Below, one piece after another: positions 42,353 through 57,403 of a stretch of DNA of 64,000 bases. The first letter of the stretch is position 1, and each line of letters starts with the position of its first letter. The notes under the pieces are model-generated. The model had not been told where the DNA came from. It worked only from the letters and a program-made list of their open reading frames with translations, and did not search any database. This DNA is from Eledone cirrhosa (Eukaryota). The stretch is from the NCBI GenBank assembly GCA_964016885.1, contig OZ024740.1, forward strand, positions 368,900,001 to 368,964,000, read 5' to 3'. Position numbers and translations under genes: made by a program.

Positions 42353-43732
42353 AATAGTAGAGCAAACAGACAATAGAGAGAGGTGTTAATGGGAAATAAA
42401 TCAGTAGAAAGTGAGAAAGGATGACAGAGAATTGGTAAACATTTTTAGGATGAATAATGCATTTCCTTTGCATCTGCAGATATGTTGTAATCATACTGAA
42501 CTTCATCGTTTCCTTGTCTATTCCAGCCTGCTTTGTAAAGTTGATAATAGAATTTGCGTGACAAACATTTTGGACAGATTGGTTTACATGATTTAAACAA
42601 AAACATGTCGAAGTGTAATTAACTTAAAATTGCTAAATAATGACATGAGGTAATTGAGAATATTCTGCGAACTACAAGCAGTACATTACATCTCAAGATA
42701 TTTAGCGAAATGTGTTTATTTCTTAGCGTATGTTACATATACAAAATCTACAGGACATAATACTTCGTAAATTGTTTTCTGTTTACCGATTGATAAAATG
42801 AAGTATGAGTAGACCTTCGTATGCTGATGGTGTTTAATAAAAGTCAAGCATGCCTATTATTTGGAATTGTATTTAGATTGAAATATGTGTTGAATATATC
42901 TATTACAATTCAACCGACATTACATATTTTGTAAGGCTAACAATCGACTTCATATACTATAGAGACATACTTCATTGAGTTCATTGAGTGATTGCTGTAA
43001 TGATATAATGACAATTTAAGCATACACATAAAATCCAATGGAAATATGAATACACTTTGTATTTGACTAATCAATAGTTAATAACTCAATTGTCAAATAT
43101 TTGAGCCTACTATTTTCATAATCCCCCTTCAGGCGTTAACAAAATAAACTATAAAGGATTTATTGCGTTTTGCCCTGCGCGTAAATACCAATTGATTATA
43201 TAAATATGAGTAAACATTACGAGCTATACGTAATATGTCGCATGGATAATAGATTGATTAAAATCCTTAACTTTATACCGTTGATGAAATTATTATGTAA
43301 ACACCAGTCCCTAATTCAATTAGTTTTTCATTGATTTATTGTACATAAATTCACTGTGGTTACATGCATTTCCTTTATATATGTTTAATGAAAATAATGA
43401 GCTTAAATACATTATTCTTTTACAAAAAGGGTCATGTTTTTGCAAATACATTTAGATGTAAATTGGATTTTGTAGAAACATTTTGACCCAAACGATATTA
43501 TACTATATTCGTATTCCTCAAATAGATGGCGTATATTAAAAACATCTTATTATAGATATTATGTAGGGAAAACATTTAAATAAATTTTAGTTGGAAATGA
43601 ATCGGTATTCATTAAATGGATCATAATGATTTATTTCTAGCCTTTAGTAACGCATTTCTGTTCAGGGAAAATATATCAAATTTATTTTACATTAAAATAA
43701 AATGTGTACGACCATTTTGGTATATAATAAGA

Positions 43733-43843
43733 TAATTGTTTCTATTTTAGGCACAAGGCCAGCAATTACCCAGTGCATTAATGGTACTTTATTTTATCGA
43801 CCCCGTAAGGATGAAAGGCAGAGTCAACCTCGGCGGGATTTGA
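43733..43843 (-). mobile_element. 5'-truncated SINE
   Basis: Reverse complement of the same SINE body. Confidence 0.85.
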
Positions 43844-44391
43844 AGATATAATGCGATAAGTACCAATGGTTATGTTCAATTGCATTCGTTAGCTGCGCTT
43901 AATGCAAATAAGAAAAGTCAGCCCTGTGTACCAGTGTATTTTTTAGATGAGCTGTAGAACGAACAAGTTAAACAGGCAATATGAGTCAGCAAAAGTAAGG
44001 TGAAACTTGTTATAAGCCATGTTATTCTACAAAGAGAGACTTGGGACATAAATCCAACATCTGTTTACAGAGATATACTGAACAGAATAATTTAAATTTA
44101 AATAAAGTTTAACAAAAAATAAACATTCTCAGTACTTCAGATATTAATTATGTATACATACATATATATATAGAATCATACATTCTTACATATACATCTC
44201 TCTCTCTCTCTGAATCCTCTCTCTCTATATATATTATATGTGTGTGTATGTGTGAGTGCGTGTGCATGCGCGTGCATTTTGAAAGATATATGTATATATA
44301 CTTCTCTCACAAATTTGTAATTTCAGTGCAAGGATGTACACGTCAAACTAAATATCTAATAACGTACCTCACATGTTTATATAAAAATGAA

Positions 44392-44479
<88 letters not shown>

Positions 44480-44489
44480 CAGGAAAGAA

Positions 44490-44997
44490 GGTTTACATGG
44501 TTTGCTATACAAAAAAGTTTTTAATCACATAGCTTACATTTGTTTCACTGAACTGGTATGTCTAGAGATCGCTATCCGCTTAATTTTGCGTCACTCGATC
44601 GCCAATACAGAATTATAACCAGTCAGATCTTCGGAGCATGCGAGAATGAAGAAAATACACAGGCAAGAAAATAAAAGAAAATATGGAGTAGTTATGGCAT
44701 TCAATTAGAACAATAAACAACAACAATTATTACAACAATGCTATCAATAAACTATTTAAGGAGACCCTGACATTACTTAGGTGGGGGGTATATAATGTAT
44801 CTAATGTTACGGCGTGAAAACCAGCTGTCATAAGGCAAAAAGTATCGTAGTGTGTATCAATTTTAAATTATAAAGATAAGCTAGTTTTTACAGTCTTTCT
44901 CTTCATCTTCAACCGTATACATGAGTGGGACCACTGTCAAAGCTCAATAGTTGTAGAGTTAATACAGAGGTTAACGAATTAATATACGCATATATCT

Positions 44998-45054
<57 letters not shown>

Positions 45055-45290
45055 AATACATATACACATATATGTGTACATAGACACATACATACACACT
45101 AATATACACTCGTACAAAAATATACATACATGCAAAGAGAAAAGCGTGCTAATTGTAATATGGCAAAAAGAAGGTAAAGTAACATTGTAGTAGTGAAATG
45201 AGAAAAACTAGGATCTAGGATCAAATGATTGCAGCAGCTGAGAAGGAGTAAGATTGTTGGTAGATGAGGTATTTACAGACTATTGCGTTA
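44490..45290 (-). mobile_element. HHR-bearing repeat family C (PLE terminal-repeat-like)
   Basis: Homologous to 1-1100 and 61900-62280. Confidence 0.65.
44528..44640 (-). ncRNA. Hammerhead ribozyme family C, long stem II
   Basis: catgct-CCGAAGA-tctgactggt...accagttcagt-GAAAcaaatGTA-agctatg. Confidence 0.7.
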
Positions 45291-45365
45291 ATATCATCCA
45301 CTACCTGGAATACCATAACTGGACTTCACCTAAGTGGACTGCATTTAACTATTATTTGTTAATCC

Positions 45366-45401
<36 letters not shown>

Positions 45402-45601
45402 TATGTATATATAGGGTTTATTCAGAGTATTAACAAATGTTTCATTTGGCAGGTGTCTCTAAAATCTGCTGTTCGTAAAATGCTACGTTACTCGATGTTA
45501 CAGTTTATACCCCACCAAATCTTCAGAATATTTAATTGTGTACATGGTAGATAGAGTGCGCTAGTATTTAGAGATACATGAAAAATAACAAGAATAAAGG
45601 C

Positions 45602-45632
<31 letters not shown>

Positions 45633-45635
<3 letters not shown>

Positions 45636-47215
45636 TGCGCCAAAGCAACGTTCACCAGAGGAAAGCTGCTGAAGAGTTCAGACATTAATCTTGATCGGGG
45701 GAACGTGATAAGAGAGCTTGATCAAGAACACACTTACAAATATCTAGGTGTTTGTGAAGGAGACGGAATCAAGCACTCGACAATGAGGGAAAGGATAAGG
45801 AAGGAATGTTACCGCAGAGTCAGAGCAATCTTAAGAACGGAATTGAATGCAAGGAATAGGATCGATGCCATAAACACGCTTGCCATACCAGTAGTAACCT
45901 ACAGTTACAATGTCATCAACTGGTCAAGCACAGAGATCCGTAGGCTCGATACAAAAATCCGAAAATTCTTAACCATGCACAGAATGCATCACCCTAAGGC
46001 AGACATAGATAGAATATATCTCCCTAGGAAAGAAGGAGGACGTGGGTTAATCCAGTTAGACATTGCGTTGAAAACTGCAACAATTGGATTATCCACATAT
46101 CTAAGGGGATCACATGATTGGATGATCAAACTCGTTTTGAAACACGAAAGCACCAAAAGATCATATTCCATTACAAAAGATGCACAAAGATACAGTAATG
46201 GTCTACAAATTTCAGAAGTCCCATTTACTGCTGAAATGGAAAACACAGAAAAAGCAAAGCAGGTAAAAGTAACTGCAAAGAAAGAACTGCTACAGAAACT
46301 GGCTAAGAAATGGCAAGAAAAGCCTCTGTATGGAAAATACCCAGAGCGAGCTAACAATCCTGATGTTGACAAAACTTTAACCCATCAGTGGTTGGCATCC
46401 TCTGGACTGAAATCGGAGACTGAAGGACTGATTATATCCGCACAAGATCAGTGTCTGCCAACAAAAAATTACCAAGCCAACATAATAAAAAATGGGTGCA
46501 GCCCATTATGCCGTGTATGCAAAAAACAACCAGAGACCATTGACCATATAATTTCAATGTGCAGTCCTATAGCTCCAACCGAATACCTAAACAGGCATGA
46601 CAGAGCTGCACAATACATACATTGGATAATGTGCAAGCATTTTAACCTGCCCCATCAAAAGAATTGGTGGGAGCATCAACCACCTCCCATACTTGAAAAA
46701 GATCACATCTCAATCTTGTGGAACTTTAGCATCCAAACAGACCGAAAAATAGATGCAAATAGACCTGATATAATATTGAAGGACTTTCAAAGGAGGATAT
46801 GCCTGCTAATTGATATGTCTGTTCCAATAGACAAGAATGTATCTATAAAAACATTTGAAAAATTGAGCAAGTATAAGGACCTGGAGATAGAAATTGGAAA
46901 AATGTGGAAATTGAGAACTAAAACAATACCAGTGGTTGTAGGCGCTCTGGGAATGATACCTAAGGGGTCTAACGACTACTTATCGCAAATCCCAGGAAAC
47001 CCGCGTATAGGAGAAATACAAAAGATAGTACTAATGGGAACTGCCCATATACTAAGGAAGATCCTGTCAATATAAGTACATCACAAGTCTAAACACTAAG
47101 GATGCATGTGTGATTATGTGTGTTCCTTCTTGAACATGGCGGACCTTGTTGTCTCTTGAGGTCACTGGTTGTGACTTGGTGATAACTCGTATAAACATAA
47201 AGCAAGATAAATGCA
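45633..47215 (+). mobile_element. R4/Dong-type RLE non-LTR retrotransposon family A, 5'-truncated; ORF open to 47075
   Basis: YKYLG, CRVCKKQPETIDHIISMC (CCHC), RHD and PDIILKD..LIDMSVP..EKLSKY (PD-D/ExK nuclease). Flanked on both sides by (AAT)n. Confidence 0.92.
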
Positions 47216-48159
47216 AATAATAATAATAATAATAATAAATATATACATATTTAAATCAATTGTGAAATAACAATTCTTAGTACAAATGTTGCATAAACCA
47301 CCGAATGAGGTCCCATAAAGTTCCGGATCCATATTATATTGTTGTATCGCTCAAATATTCAATTTTGTAATATATATTTTGTATTCAAAAAAAGAAAATG
47401 GTTATAAATGGAAGAAAACACCCTCTGTCTACACTATATAGAACAGCCAAATAACAGCAATTTCACCAACACCAGAAACTTGATACACCACCTATCCCAT
47501 CACACTAAATATAACAGCCAGATAACGGCAATTTCACCACCACCGCCATCAATCTCAGCATCATAATAATAATTACTATTATTATTGTCTCAAATTTTAA
47601 CAAAATGTTTAATTCAAATTTTACGGAATATGTCAACACAATATATAATAAAAATATATATTAAACATACGAACACAAACTCATAGATACTACATATCAG
47701 TAACCACAACGCCACCGCTGCCACCACCCCACCCCATCCATCACTGCTACCACTATCCCATCGCCGCCGCCACCACTCCTTCATTGCTACCACCACTATT
47801 CCTCTGTTAACTTGAGAGAGAAAGGGGAAGGTGGTGGTATCACTAGACAAGGGAGAGGCTAGCAAAAGATATAAATAGATTGACTTAGTGACCTGGCCAC
47901 CGGCCTAACGTCAACATCAACAACTATGGGACTGCTGGCTCACCCCTTCCTCACCAACAATATAAAAAGCCCCGGCCCCACCACCGACACAGCCAACAAC
48001 AATAACAGCCAACTACAACAAAAAGTATATTATATTATTGTAATGCACTGGGTGATTGCTGGCCCTGTGCCTGGAGTGGAGACAGTTATTAATAATTTCA
48101 TTCTTAAGCCACGCAATGCTCACATTAAGGAACCACTCATGATAATAACAATTTAAAAA

Positions 48160-51100
48160 AACAACAAAAAGAAAACCCCGTGACCAAGAAATACCGGGAT
48201 GGCGGCCGGCGGGGAATAGCCGTGTCTCTAGGGGAGAACGACCCCTCTAGTCTTGGTTGACACACGTTCTAGAAGTGGTAACACGAAATGATTACCCCTC
48301 GGCGGATAAGGATAAAACGCGACAAAATAATGTAAATTTCTAATGATAAAATCTCATACCGGATCGGCCGTCACCCGAGTAAAAAAGGGACGTGTCCCTC
48401 AGAGAGGAACCAGACTGGGGTCGAACAATCAGCTAATGGTTCAAACCTTCCCATGACTTCGGAGCTGGAGACCTCCCATAACCGGAATACTCCTACTGTT
48501 GGCCCTCCATGCTCACCACCAAGAAATCCAAAGAAAAAGAGAGAAAAATGGTCAAGGGAAGATAATAAAGAAGTCCTTGAGGCTTTCTACACTGCCATGC
48601 ACTACCCATCAAATACATCGAATACAGAACAGACATATATCAACTGGAAAAAGAAACATCCGGAAAACAGAGGCTATATTGACAGTAACAAACTAGCCAA
48701 TATACGAAGAAATATTGAAAGAAAAAAGTTACTAACTGATACAGAAATTGATCAGATCAAGCTAATAGCACAAAGTCAGCGAAGGGAAAATGAATCATGT
48801 GTCAGTGAAAACGAGGTAAACTGTAGCACTTCGAATCCCAGGGTTGGGGCGGAATCACTGGCAACAGAACAAATTAAAGAAAGGATCGAAAAAGTGGAGG
48901 GAGTGCATGCTCAGGATGAAACTCCAAATGAAAATAATGAGATCGTAAATGATAAAGAAATGAATGAGAATGAACTTGCCAACTTGAAGGATGAAATTAT
49001 GATCGAATGGATGAAAATGAAAGAATCTGACATGGGGCAACGAGACACCCTCCCTAAGATCCAGAACTCCAAACAGAACCAAAAGATAATACACAAGACT
49101 AACATAATTCTCAAAAACATTATCATCACAAACAAACTAAACATTACTGACTTATATCATCTCTATTATGCATCGGCTAAAGTCACCACTCACTCATGTG
49201 GAGTGAAGATGAAAAAACAAAGGAATTCCCTCAAGAAATCTACTTGGCAAGAGAACATCAATCGCCAAATAAACCTTCTCCGATCTGACATAGAAATTTT
49301 AACAAACTATAAAGTAGGTGAACATGTTAAACAAACTAAACTTAGAAAATCGAAAAAAAAGTACAGTATAAAATCAACATGTGACATAGACATGCTGATA
49401 GAAATAATCAAGCAAAAAGTGTCGGCCAAAGCTGCTCGTATAAGGCGCTTTGAAAAACGATCTAGATTCTATAAGGACAATAATATGTTCAAAAACAACC
49501 AAAGAAACTTCTACAGAAAAATTGGTAAGTCAACAATAACTGCTAAATCAATACCACCCAAGGAGGAAGTCCAAGAATTCTGGGAAAAGATCTGGGCCGA
49601 AGAAAAAGTCCATAACATACATGCCCCATGGATAGACAGACAAATGAAAGATACAGCTCACCTTGAGGAACAAATATGGGAAAATATAACAGTTGAACAG
49701 TTGCGCTTGGCTCTAAGAAAAACCAGCAAATGGAAATCCCCAGGTAAAGACAAAATACAAAACTTTTGGATAAATGCATTCACAGAGTCTCATGAGCTGT
49801 TAGCCCAACTTTACGATGAAATAGTTAAGAAGCCAGAAAAGAAACCATCATGGCTAGTTAACAGCATTACATTCCTGCTTCCGAAGAATGATGAGACAAA
49901 CAATCCCCAAAATTACAGACCGATAACTTGCTTGACCACAATGTATAACATTTTAACATCAGTCCTAACTGAATACACATATGACCACCTGATAACAAAT
50001 GACCTATTTCCCATTGAGCAGAAAGGGTGTAAACGAGGCTCATATGGCTGTAAGGATCAGCTTCTGGTTAACAAAATGATACTGGAAGATTGTCATAATA
50101 GACACAAAAATCTATCGATTGCTTGGATAGATTATAAAAAGCATTCGATAGTTTGCCACACAGTTGGATTGAAAAATGTTTAGAGATTTTCAAAATATCC
50201 CCCGTTGTCAGGAGGTTTTTGTCATTCAGTATGAAGACATGGAAAACGACACTCCTTTTGAATAGTGAAACAAAATCACTGGAAGCTGGAGAAGTTAATA
50301 TTAATTGTGGAATTTTTCAGGGTGACTCTTTATCACCGCTTTTATTCTACATCGCACTTATACCATTAAGTAAAATGCTCAATGAAACAAAACATGGATA
50401 TAAAGTCTATGACAAAACCATTAATCACCTGTTCTACATGGATGACCTGAAACTATTTGCAAAAAATGATGAACAATTGCAAGGGCTATTATCAACTGTG
50501 GAGCAGTTCAGTGATGACATTAAAATGGAGTTTGGACTAGATAAATGCGCCAAAGCAACGTTCACCAGAGGAAAGCTGCTGAAGAGTGCGGACATTAATC
50601 TTGATCGGGGGAACGTGATAAGAGAACTTGATCAAGAAAAAACTTACAAATACCTAGGTGTTTGTGAAGGAGACGGAATCAAGCACGCGAAATGAGGGAA
50701 AGGATAAGGAAAGAATGTTACCGCAGAGTAAGAGCAATCTTAAGAACGGAATTGAATGCAAGGAATAGGATCGATGACATGAACACGCTTGCCATACCAG
50801 TAGTAACCTACAGTTAAAATGTCATCAACTGGTCAAGCACAGAGATCAATAGGCTCGATACAAAAATTCGAAAATTCTTAACCATGCACAGAATGCATCA
50901 CCCTAAGGCAGATATAGATATAATATATCTCCCTAGGAAAGACGGAGGACGTGGGTTAATCCAGTTAGACATTGCGTTGAAAACTGCAACAATTGGATTA
51001 TCTACATATCTAAGGGAATCACATGATTGGATGATCTAACTCGTTTTGAAACACGAAAGCATCAAAAGATCATATTCCATTACAAAAGATGCACAAAGAT

Positions 51101-52124
51101 ACAATAATGGACTACAAATTTCACAAGTCCCATTTACTGCTGAAATGGAAAACACAGAAAAAGCAAAGCAGGTAAAAGTAACTGCAAAGAAAGAACTGCT
51201 ACAGAAACTGGCTAAGAAATGGCAAGAAAAGCCTATGTATGGAAAATAACCAGAGCGAGCTAACAATCCTGATGTTGACAAAACTTTAACCCATCAGTGG
51301 TTGGCATCCTCTGGACTGAAATCGGAGACTGAAGGACTGATTATATCAGCACAAGATCAGTGTCTGCCAACAAAAAATTACCAAGCAAACATAATAAAAA
51401 ATGGGTGCAGCCCATTATGCCGTGTATGCAAAAAACAACCAGAGACCATTGACCATATAATTTCAATGTGCAGTCCTATAGCTCCAACCGAATACCTAAA
51501 CAAGCATGACAGAGCTGCACAATACATACATTGGATAATGTGTAATCATTTTGACCTGCCCTATCAAAAGAATTGGTGGGAGCATCAACCACCTCCCATA
51601 CTTGAAAAAGATCACATCTCAATCTTGTGGAACTTTAGCATCCAAATAGACAGAAAAATAGATGCAAATAGACCTGATATAATATTGAAGGACTTTCAAA
51701 AGAGGGTATGCCTGCTAATTGATATGTCCGTTCCAATAGACAAGAATGTATCTATAAAAACATTTGAAAAATTGAGCAAGTATAAGGACCTGGAGATAGA
51801 AATTGGAAGAATGTGGAAATTGAGAACTAAAGCAATAGCAGTGGTTGTAGGCGCTCTGGGAATGATACCTAAGGGGTCTAATGGTTACTTATCGCAAATC
51901 CCAGGAAACCAGCGTATAGGAGAAATACAAAAGATAGTACTAATGGGAACTGCCCATATACTAAGGAAGATTCTGTCAATATAAGTACATCAAAAGTCTA
52001 AACACTAAAGATGCATGTGTGAGTATGTATGTTCTTTTTTGAACATGGCGGACCTTGTTGTCTCTTGAGGTCACTGGTTGTGACTTGGTGATAACTCGTA
52101 TGAACATAAAGCAAGATAAATGCA
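48160..52124 (+). mobile_element. Full-length R4/Dong-type element family A
   Basis: 5' UTR, single long ORF and a 3' UTR matching 47076-47215, ending in (AAT)n. Confidence 0.92.
48453..51984 (+). pseudogene. R4/Dong ORF (N-terminal domain, RT, CCHC, RLE), disrupted
   Basis: [41 protein letters not shown] and PD..D. Frameshifts at ~50140 and ~50690; stops at ~50815, ~51037 and ~51247. Confidence 0.92.
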
Positions 52125-52744
52125 ACTGTAATAATAATAATAATAACATGGTGGATAGAGTGTTATGGAATCGCTCCCGTAAGTTTATGATATTTTACAT
52201 ATTTAAAGGAATTGTGATAGAATAAGTCTTGTAACAAATGGGACATAAAATACCAGTCTTAGCTCTCAGGAAGTGACAACACATAACATTATGGCATAGA
52301 GCTCCAACATTTAATATTTAATTTTGTATCAGAAATTTTCAAAGAAAATGGTTACAAATGGTCACAAATGGAAGAAAGCAACAGCCAAATAAGTTCACAC
52401 CAACACCACTACCGCCGCCGCCACCTCCACCACTACCACAAAATATTTAGCTAGATACAAACCAACAGCTGCAACAACACCATCACTATAGTACTACTAT
52501 CCCTTCACCACCGTCACCACTGCATCATCGCTACCACCACTATTCCCTCACTACCTCCTGTTAAGAGAGGGATGGTAGTAGTGCTACTACACATGACTAG
52601 AAGCGAGGAAATCACCAAAAGATATAATAGAATGATCCGTTCAAACAGCTAACAACACCATAATAATTATTGTTGTTGTATCTCTAAACTTTCTCAAAAT
52701 GTTTAGTTTAAAAGATATCAAATCTAAACTATAATATAATAATA

Positions 52745-53078
52745 ATAATTGTTTCTACTTTTGGCACAAGGCCAGCAACTACTTAGTGTATTACTGGTAC
52801 TTTATGTTATCGACCCCGTAAGGATGAAAAGCAAAGTTAACCTCGGCCGGATTTGAACTCAGAATGGCAAGGGCCGTAACTCTAATAATAATAATTGTTT
52901 CTACTTTAGGCACAAGGCCAGCAAAATAACCAGTACATTACTGGTACTTTATTTTATCGACCCCGTAAGGATGAAAGGCAAAGTTAACCTCGGCGGGATT
53001 TTAACTCAGACTGTAAAGGGACGTAACTAGGCTAAAAAACATGGCGTCCAACCCTCTACCGATACTGCTAATCACCGC
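52745..53078 (-). mobile_element. Two tandem SINE copies with (ATT)n tails
   Basis: 52745-52882 is truncated and 52890-53078 is complete, starting ggcggtgattagcagtatcggtag. Confidence 0.88.
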
Positions 53079-53384
53079 CCTAATAATAATAATGATAAGA
53101 AACAAGATGAAAAATTACAGAACAGAACACAGACAAAAACAAATGCAACAACAAAAGAAAAACAAATTTCAAAAGTTTTGAACGCAACAATCCCTACTTC
53201 TCTCGTAGCTAAAATCAAAAGTAGCAGCACAGCAGCAACAACAATACTAGTAACCGATGTTACTGGCCTTGAAAGACAAAAAGGACAAAAGAAAAAGACT
53301 AAGCCAGTCATTCAAACATTACAATGAAACTTGTTTATTTTTAAAAGTTTTTGTCTATTTATTTGCTTATTTATTTATGTTCGT

Positions 53385-56300
53385 CTACAGCGTGATGGTG
53401 CAACGATAAAATCACCGGGGGTGATGAAATCACCGATCGTTATGTAACCATACATTCACCAATCCTCGATATGAGTGTTTAAATGTCGAACCACAACAGT
53501 TCGAATAACGGTGAAGAGGAGACTGGAACGTCATGTGAAAGACTCTCACCCAGCAAGTTCTCTCTGACCCAGCAGCAGGGACCTGGCTGTCATCCAAATA
53601 CTGCTGGTGTTGGAGGAAGAACAAGAAAGAAAGGGACAGGAACCAACTGGACGAAAGAATTGAATAGAACTGTCATGGAATGTCACCTGAAGAGTAACCC
53701 CATGGAAAAAGGCTATAGGAAACAGATGTATAACATCTGGAACGAGATTGGTCTATTTAAATTAGATGAACACAAATTGCCCGGCAGGCTCGGGTAATAA
53801 GAACTAATAGATGGATAAGCGAGTTGGAAATGGAGGAACTGAGCAGAGAGATTAAGTTGGAAATGGAGAGTGGAGTATGTCAGGCAAACAAGCCAGTGGG
53901 AAATGAAGGTGAACAGGTTGAGAGACATGAGGAAGCATCCGAAGCAGACAATGATCTGAATGCTGAAATAAATAACATCTGGAACAAAGATACAGCCATT
54001 GAGGAAATGAATGCTGACGGGCTAGGACAAGATTTGGTTGATATCCTGAACTTAATGGTAGATGAAATGAACAATGATAGTGGGAAACCTATGAACCTAA
54101 GATTTGTAGACAGGAAAAAGTTAAAAGTAACAACAGCCTTGATGCGAGGAACCTTCACCAATGCAACAATATCCTCAAAGCAACAGCAAATACGGCGAGG
54201 AAATTACTTGGCATAAACACGAGAGGAAACAACAAACAAGAAAGATCGGAACCTAGGTGGAAGAAACGACTGAATTATCAAATCAAGGAAATGAGAAAAG
54301 AAATTGGAAAGCTTGAGTCCCTACTAAATGGAACATTACAAAACATAGACACTCAAAATAGATTGGAAATAAAGTACAAAACTAGGGAGGGGGGAAAGCT
54401 GAATATTATCATAGAGGAACTGGAGCAACGCATTGTAGCAAAAAGTGCAAATATTAGGCGGTATGAGAGCAGAGTCAGTCAGTATAGACAAAAACGCATG
54501 TTTGACAACAACCAGAAGATGTTGTTTGGGCAGCTTGAAGGGAAATAAAGAGGCAACGACTTGATCCTTGAGGCAGAACAGATTTAGACATTATGGAGAG
54601 GAATATGGGAGCAGGTTGTTGAACATAATTGTTAGGCAGTGTGGATTGAGACAGTACAAAAGGAGATTAGTGAACAAACACACCAACAAACGGATTTGAG
54701 TATCACAGTTGAAACTCTTAAAGGGCAGGCCAAAAAACTAACCAACTGGAAATCACAAGGCGCAGATGGTGTGCAGGGCTATTGGATTACAAATATAACA
54801 TCCCTCCACCCAAAACTGACAACCATTTTCAATGACTACTTGATGTCGGGTGAGGTATCACAGTGGTTGATAAAAGGTACCACAGATCTGGTAATGAAAG
54901 ACCGAATCAAGGGTAATGATGTTACCAACTATAGACCTATCACATGTATGTCCGTAATGTGGAAACTGTTAACTAGCATTATATCTGAGGAAATCTGCCA
55001 TCACCTCCACATAAACAACGTGTTACCGGACGAACAGAAATGATGCCGAAAGAAGTCCATTGTTAGCAAAGACCAGTTACTTATTGATAAGATGGTAATG
55101 AGGAATTGCAAGAGGAGACATACTGGTCTAGTCATGGGATGGATAGATTAAAAAAGATATTTGACATGGTACCTCATTCTTGGATAACAAAAAGCCTAGA
55201 GATCTTCAAGGTGGCAGATCAATCAGACAGTTGTTGAGCAAAAGTATGAAGTCCTGGAAAACAGGGTTAACATCGGGTTGAGAATCCTTGGGAGGCGTGA
55301 AGATCAAGAGATGTATCTTCCAGGGAGATAGTCTGTCCCCTCTGTTGTTTGCCCTTGCTCTGATGCCCTTGGCCATTATAGTGCGAAAAGCGAGAGCAGG
55401 CTACAAGTTAGGAAAAGGAGAGCTTACCATCAACCACCTCCTATTCATGGACGATCTTAAACTCTTTGGTAAGAGTGAGAAGAAGTTGGATGTACTTGTT
55501 GACACTGTCCGTATTTTCAGCAATGATATATGTATGCAATTTGGTATTAATAAGTGTGGAGTCCTAGTGATGAAGAGTGGTACATTGAGCAGAAGCAACG
55601 GAATTCAGGTACCAACAGGTGAGATGATATAGGAAATTGACACTGAAGAAGGATACACATATTTAGGCGTTCTGGAAGCAGATGACATCAAGACCAAAAA
55701 AAATGAAGGTATTGATAAGATCTGACTACATTAGGAGAGTAACTAGCGTATTGAAATCACATCTAGGTAGTAGGAATGTCATAAGTGCAGTGAATTCCCG
55801 AGCTGTGTCTATTATTAGGTACAGTGCAGGAATTCTGAAATGGAATGTTGCTGAACAAAAAGAAATGCATAGGAAGACTAGGAAGCTATTGACTATCTAC
55901 AACATGTTCCACCAGAGGAGTGATGTCGATAGATTCTACTTAAAGAGACCTGAAGGTGGAATAGGTCTTATCATTATAGAGGACTGTGTTCAGATGGAGA
56001 AAAAAACCTGCACAAATACGTGACTGACAGAAGGGAGAGGACAAAAGACCAGGGGATGTCCAAGGAGGAAATAACAACAAGGAGAAAGAGCAACATTCCT
56101 GAAAATTCCCTAGAAGAAAACTGAATTAAGAGATCCACAGACATGGAACTGGTTAAAAAGAGGAAACCCTAAAAAGGCTACAGAAGGAATGCTAATGGCT
56201 GCGCAAGGGCAGGCCCTCAGAATGAAGTGGATGAAACACCGAATTTACGAGTAGACGGTTAGCCCACTGTGTAGTATCTGTGGGTAGAGAGAGGAGACTG

Positions 56301-56895
56301 GGGCTCACATTTTATCCGAGTGTAAACACCTAGCCCAGACTCACTAGCAAGGCTGCGGACATGATGTGATAGGCAGGGTGATCCACTGGCACCTATGCAA
56401 AGTAAACAATTTACCACATTCTGAGAAATTGTATGAGCATAAGCCAGAGTCGGTGATAGAAAACGATGAGGTTTTAGGATACACACAGACAACAAATTAG
56501 AACACAATAGGCCTGACCTGGTGGTTTTGGACAAGGAAAAAAGATCGTGCCTGATTGTAGATGTAGCCTGCCCATTTGACACGAGAGTGCAACAAAAAGG
56601 AGAGGGAGAAAATTAACCGATACCAGGACTTAAAGTGGGAGGTAAAAAGGATTTGGAACTGCCATGAAGTAAGGGTCGTTCCAATTGTCATAGGTGCACT
56701 TGGTACTATCTCAAAGAATTTCCAAGGATGGTTAAAGAAGATTTGTCCAGCCCCGCTTTTTGGAACACTTCAAAGGGCATGCTTGCTGGGGACAGCAAGA
56801 ACCCTCCGATACGTCGATGAATGTCTGAGGCTGCAGGTAGTGGCTTGATATTCATTTCAACAAACGTTCCTGTTAAATTATATCATTGACTGAGA
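53385..56895 (+). mobile_element. Old, near-full-length R4/Dong element family B
   Basis: [44 protein letters not shown] and VPIVIGALG, with many stops and frameshifts. Confidence 0.9.
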
Positions 56896-56904
56896 CTCGC
56901 ACAA

Positions 56905-57345
56905 CAAACAATTTACCACATACTGAGAACAGTTATGCGCATAAGCCAGAGGCGGTGATAGAAAACGATCAGGTGACGGTGCTGTGGGATTTTGTAGGGA
57001 TTTTGTAGATGTAGCCTGCCCATTTGACACGAGATTGCATGAAAAGGAGAGGGAGAAAATTAACCGATACCAGGACTTAAAGTGTGAGGTAAAAATGATT
57101 TGGAACTGCCATGAAATCAAGGACGTCCCGAATGTCATAGGCGCACTAGATACTATCTCAAACAGTTTCCAAAGATGGTTAAAGATGGTTAGTCCAGCCC
57201 CGCTTTTTGGAACACTTCAAAAGGCATGTTTGGAGGGTACAGCAATAACCCTCCGATACGTCGATGAATGTCTGAGGCTGCAGGTAGTGGCTTGATATTC
57301 ATTTCAACAAACTTTCCAGTTAAATAACACCAATGACTGAGACTA
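56905..57345 (+). mobile_element. Duplicated 3' fragment of family B (old subtype)
   Basis: Repeats 56400-56895 and is followed by (AAC/AAT)n. Confidence 0.85.
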
Positions 57346-57360
57346 AAAAACAACAACAAC

Positions 57361-57403
<43 letters not shown>

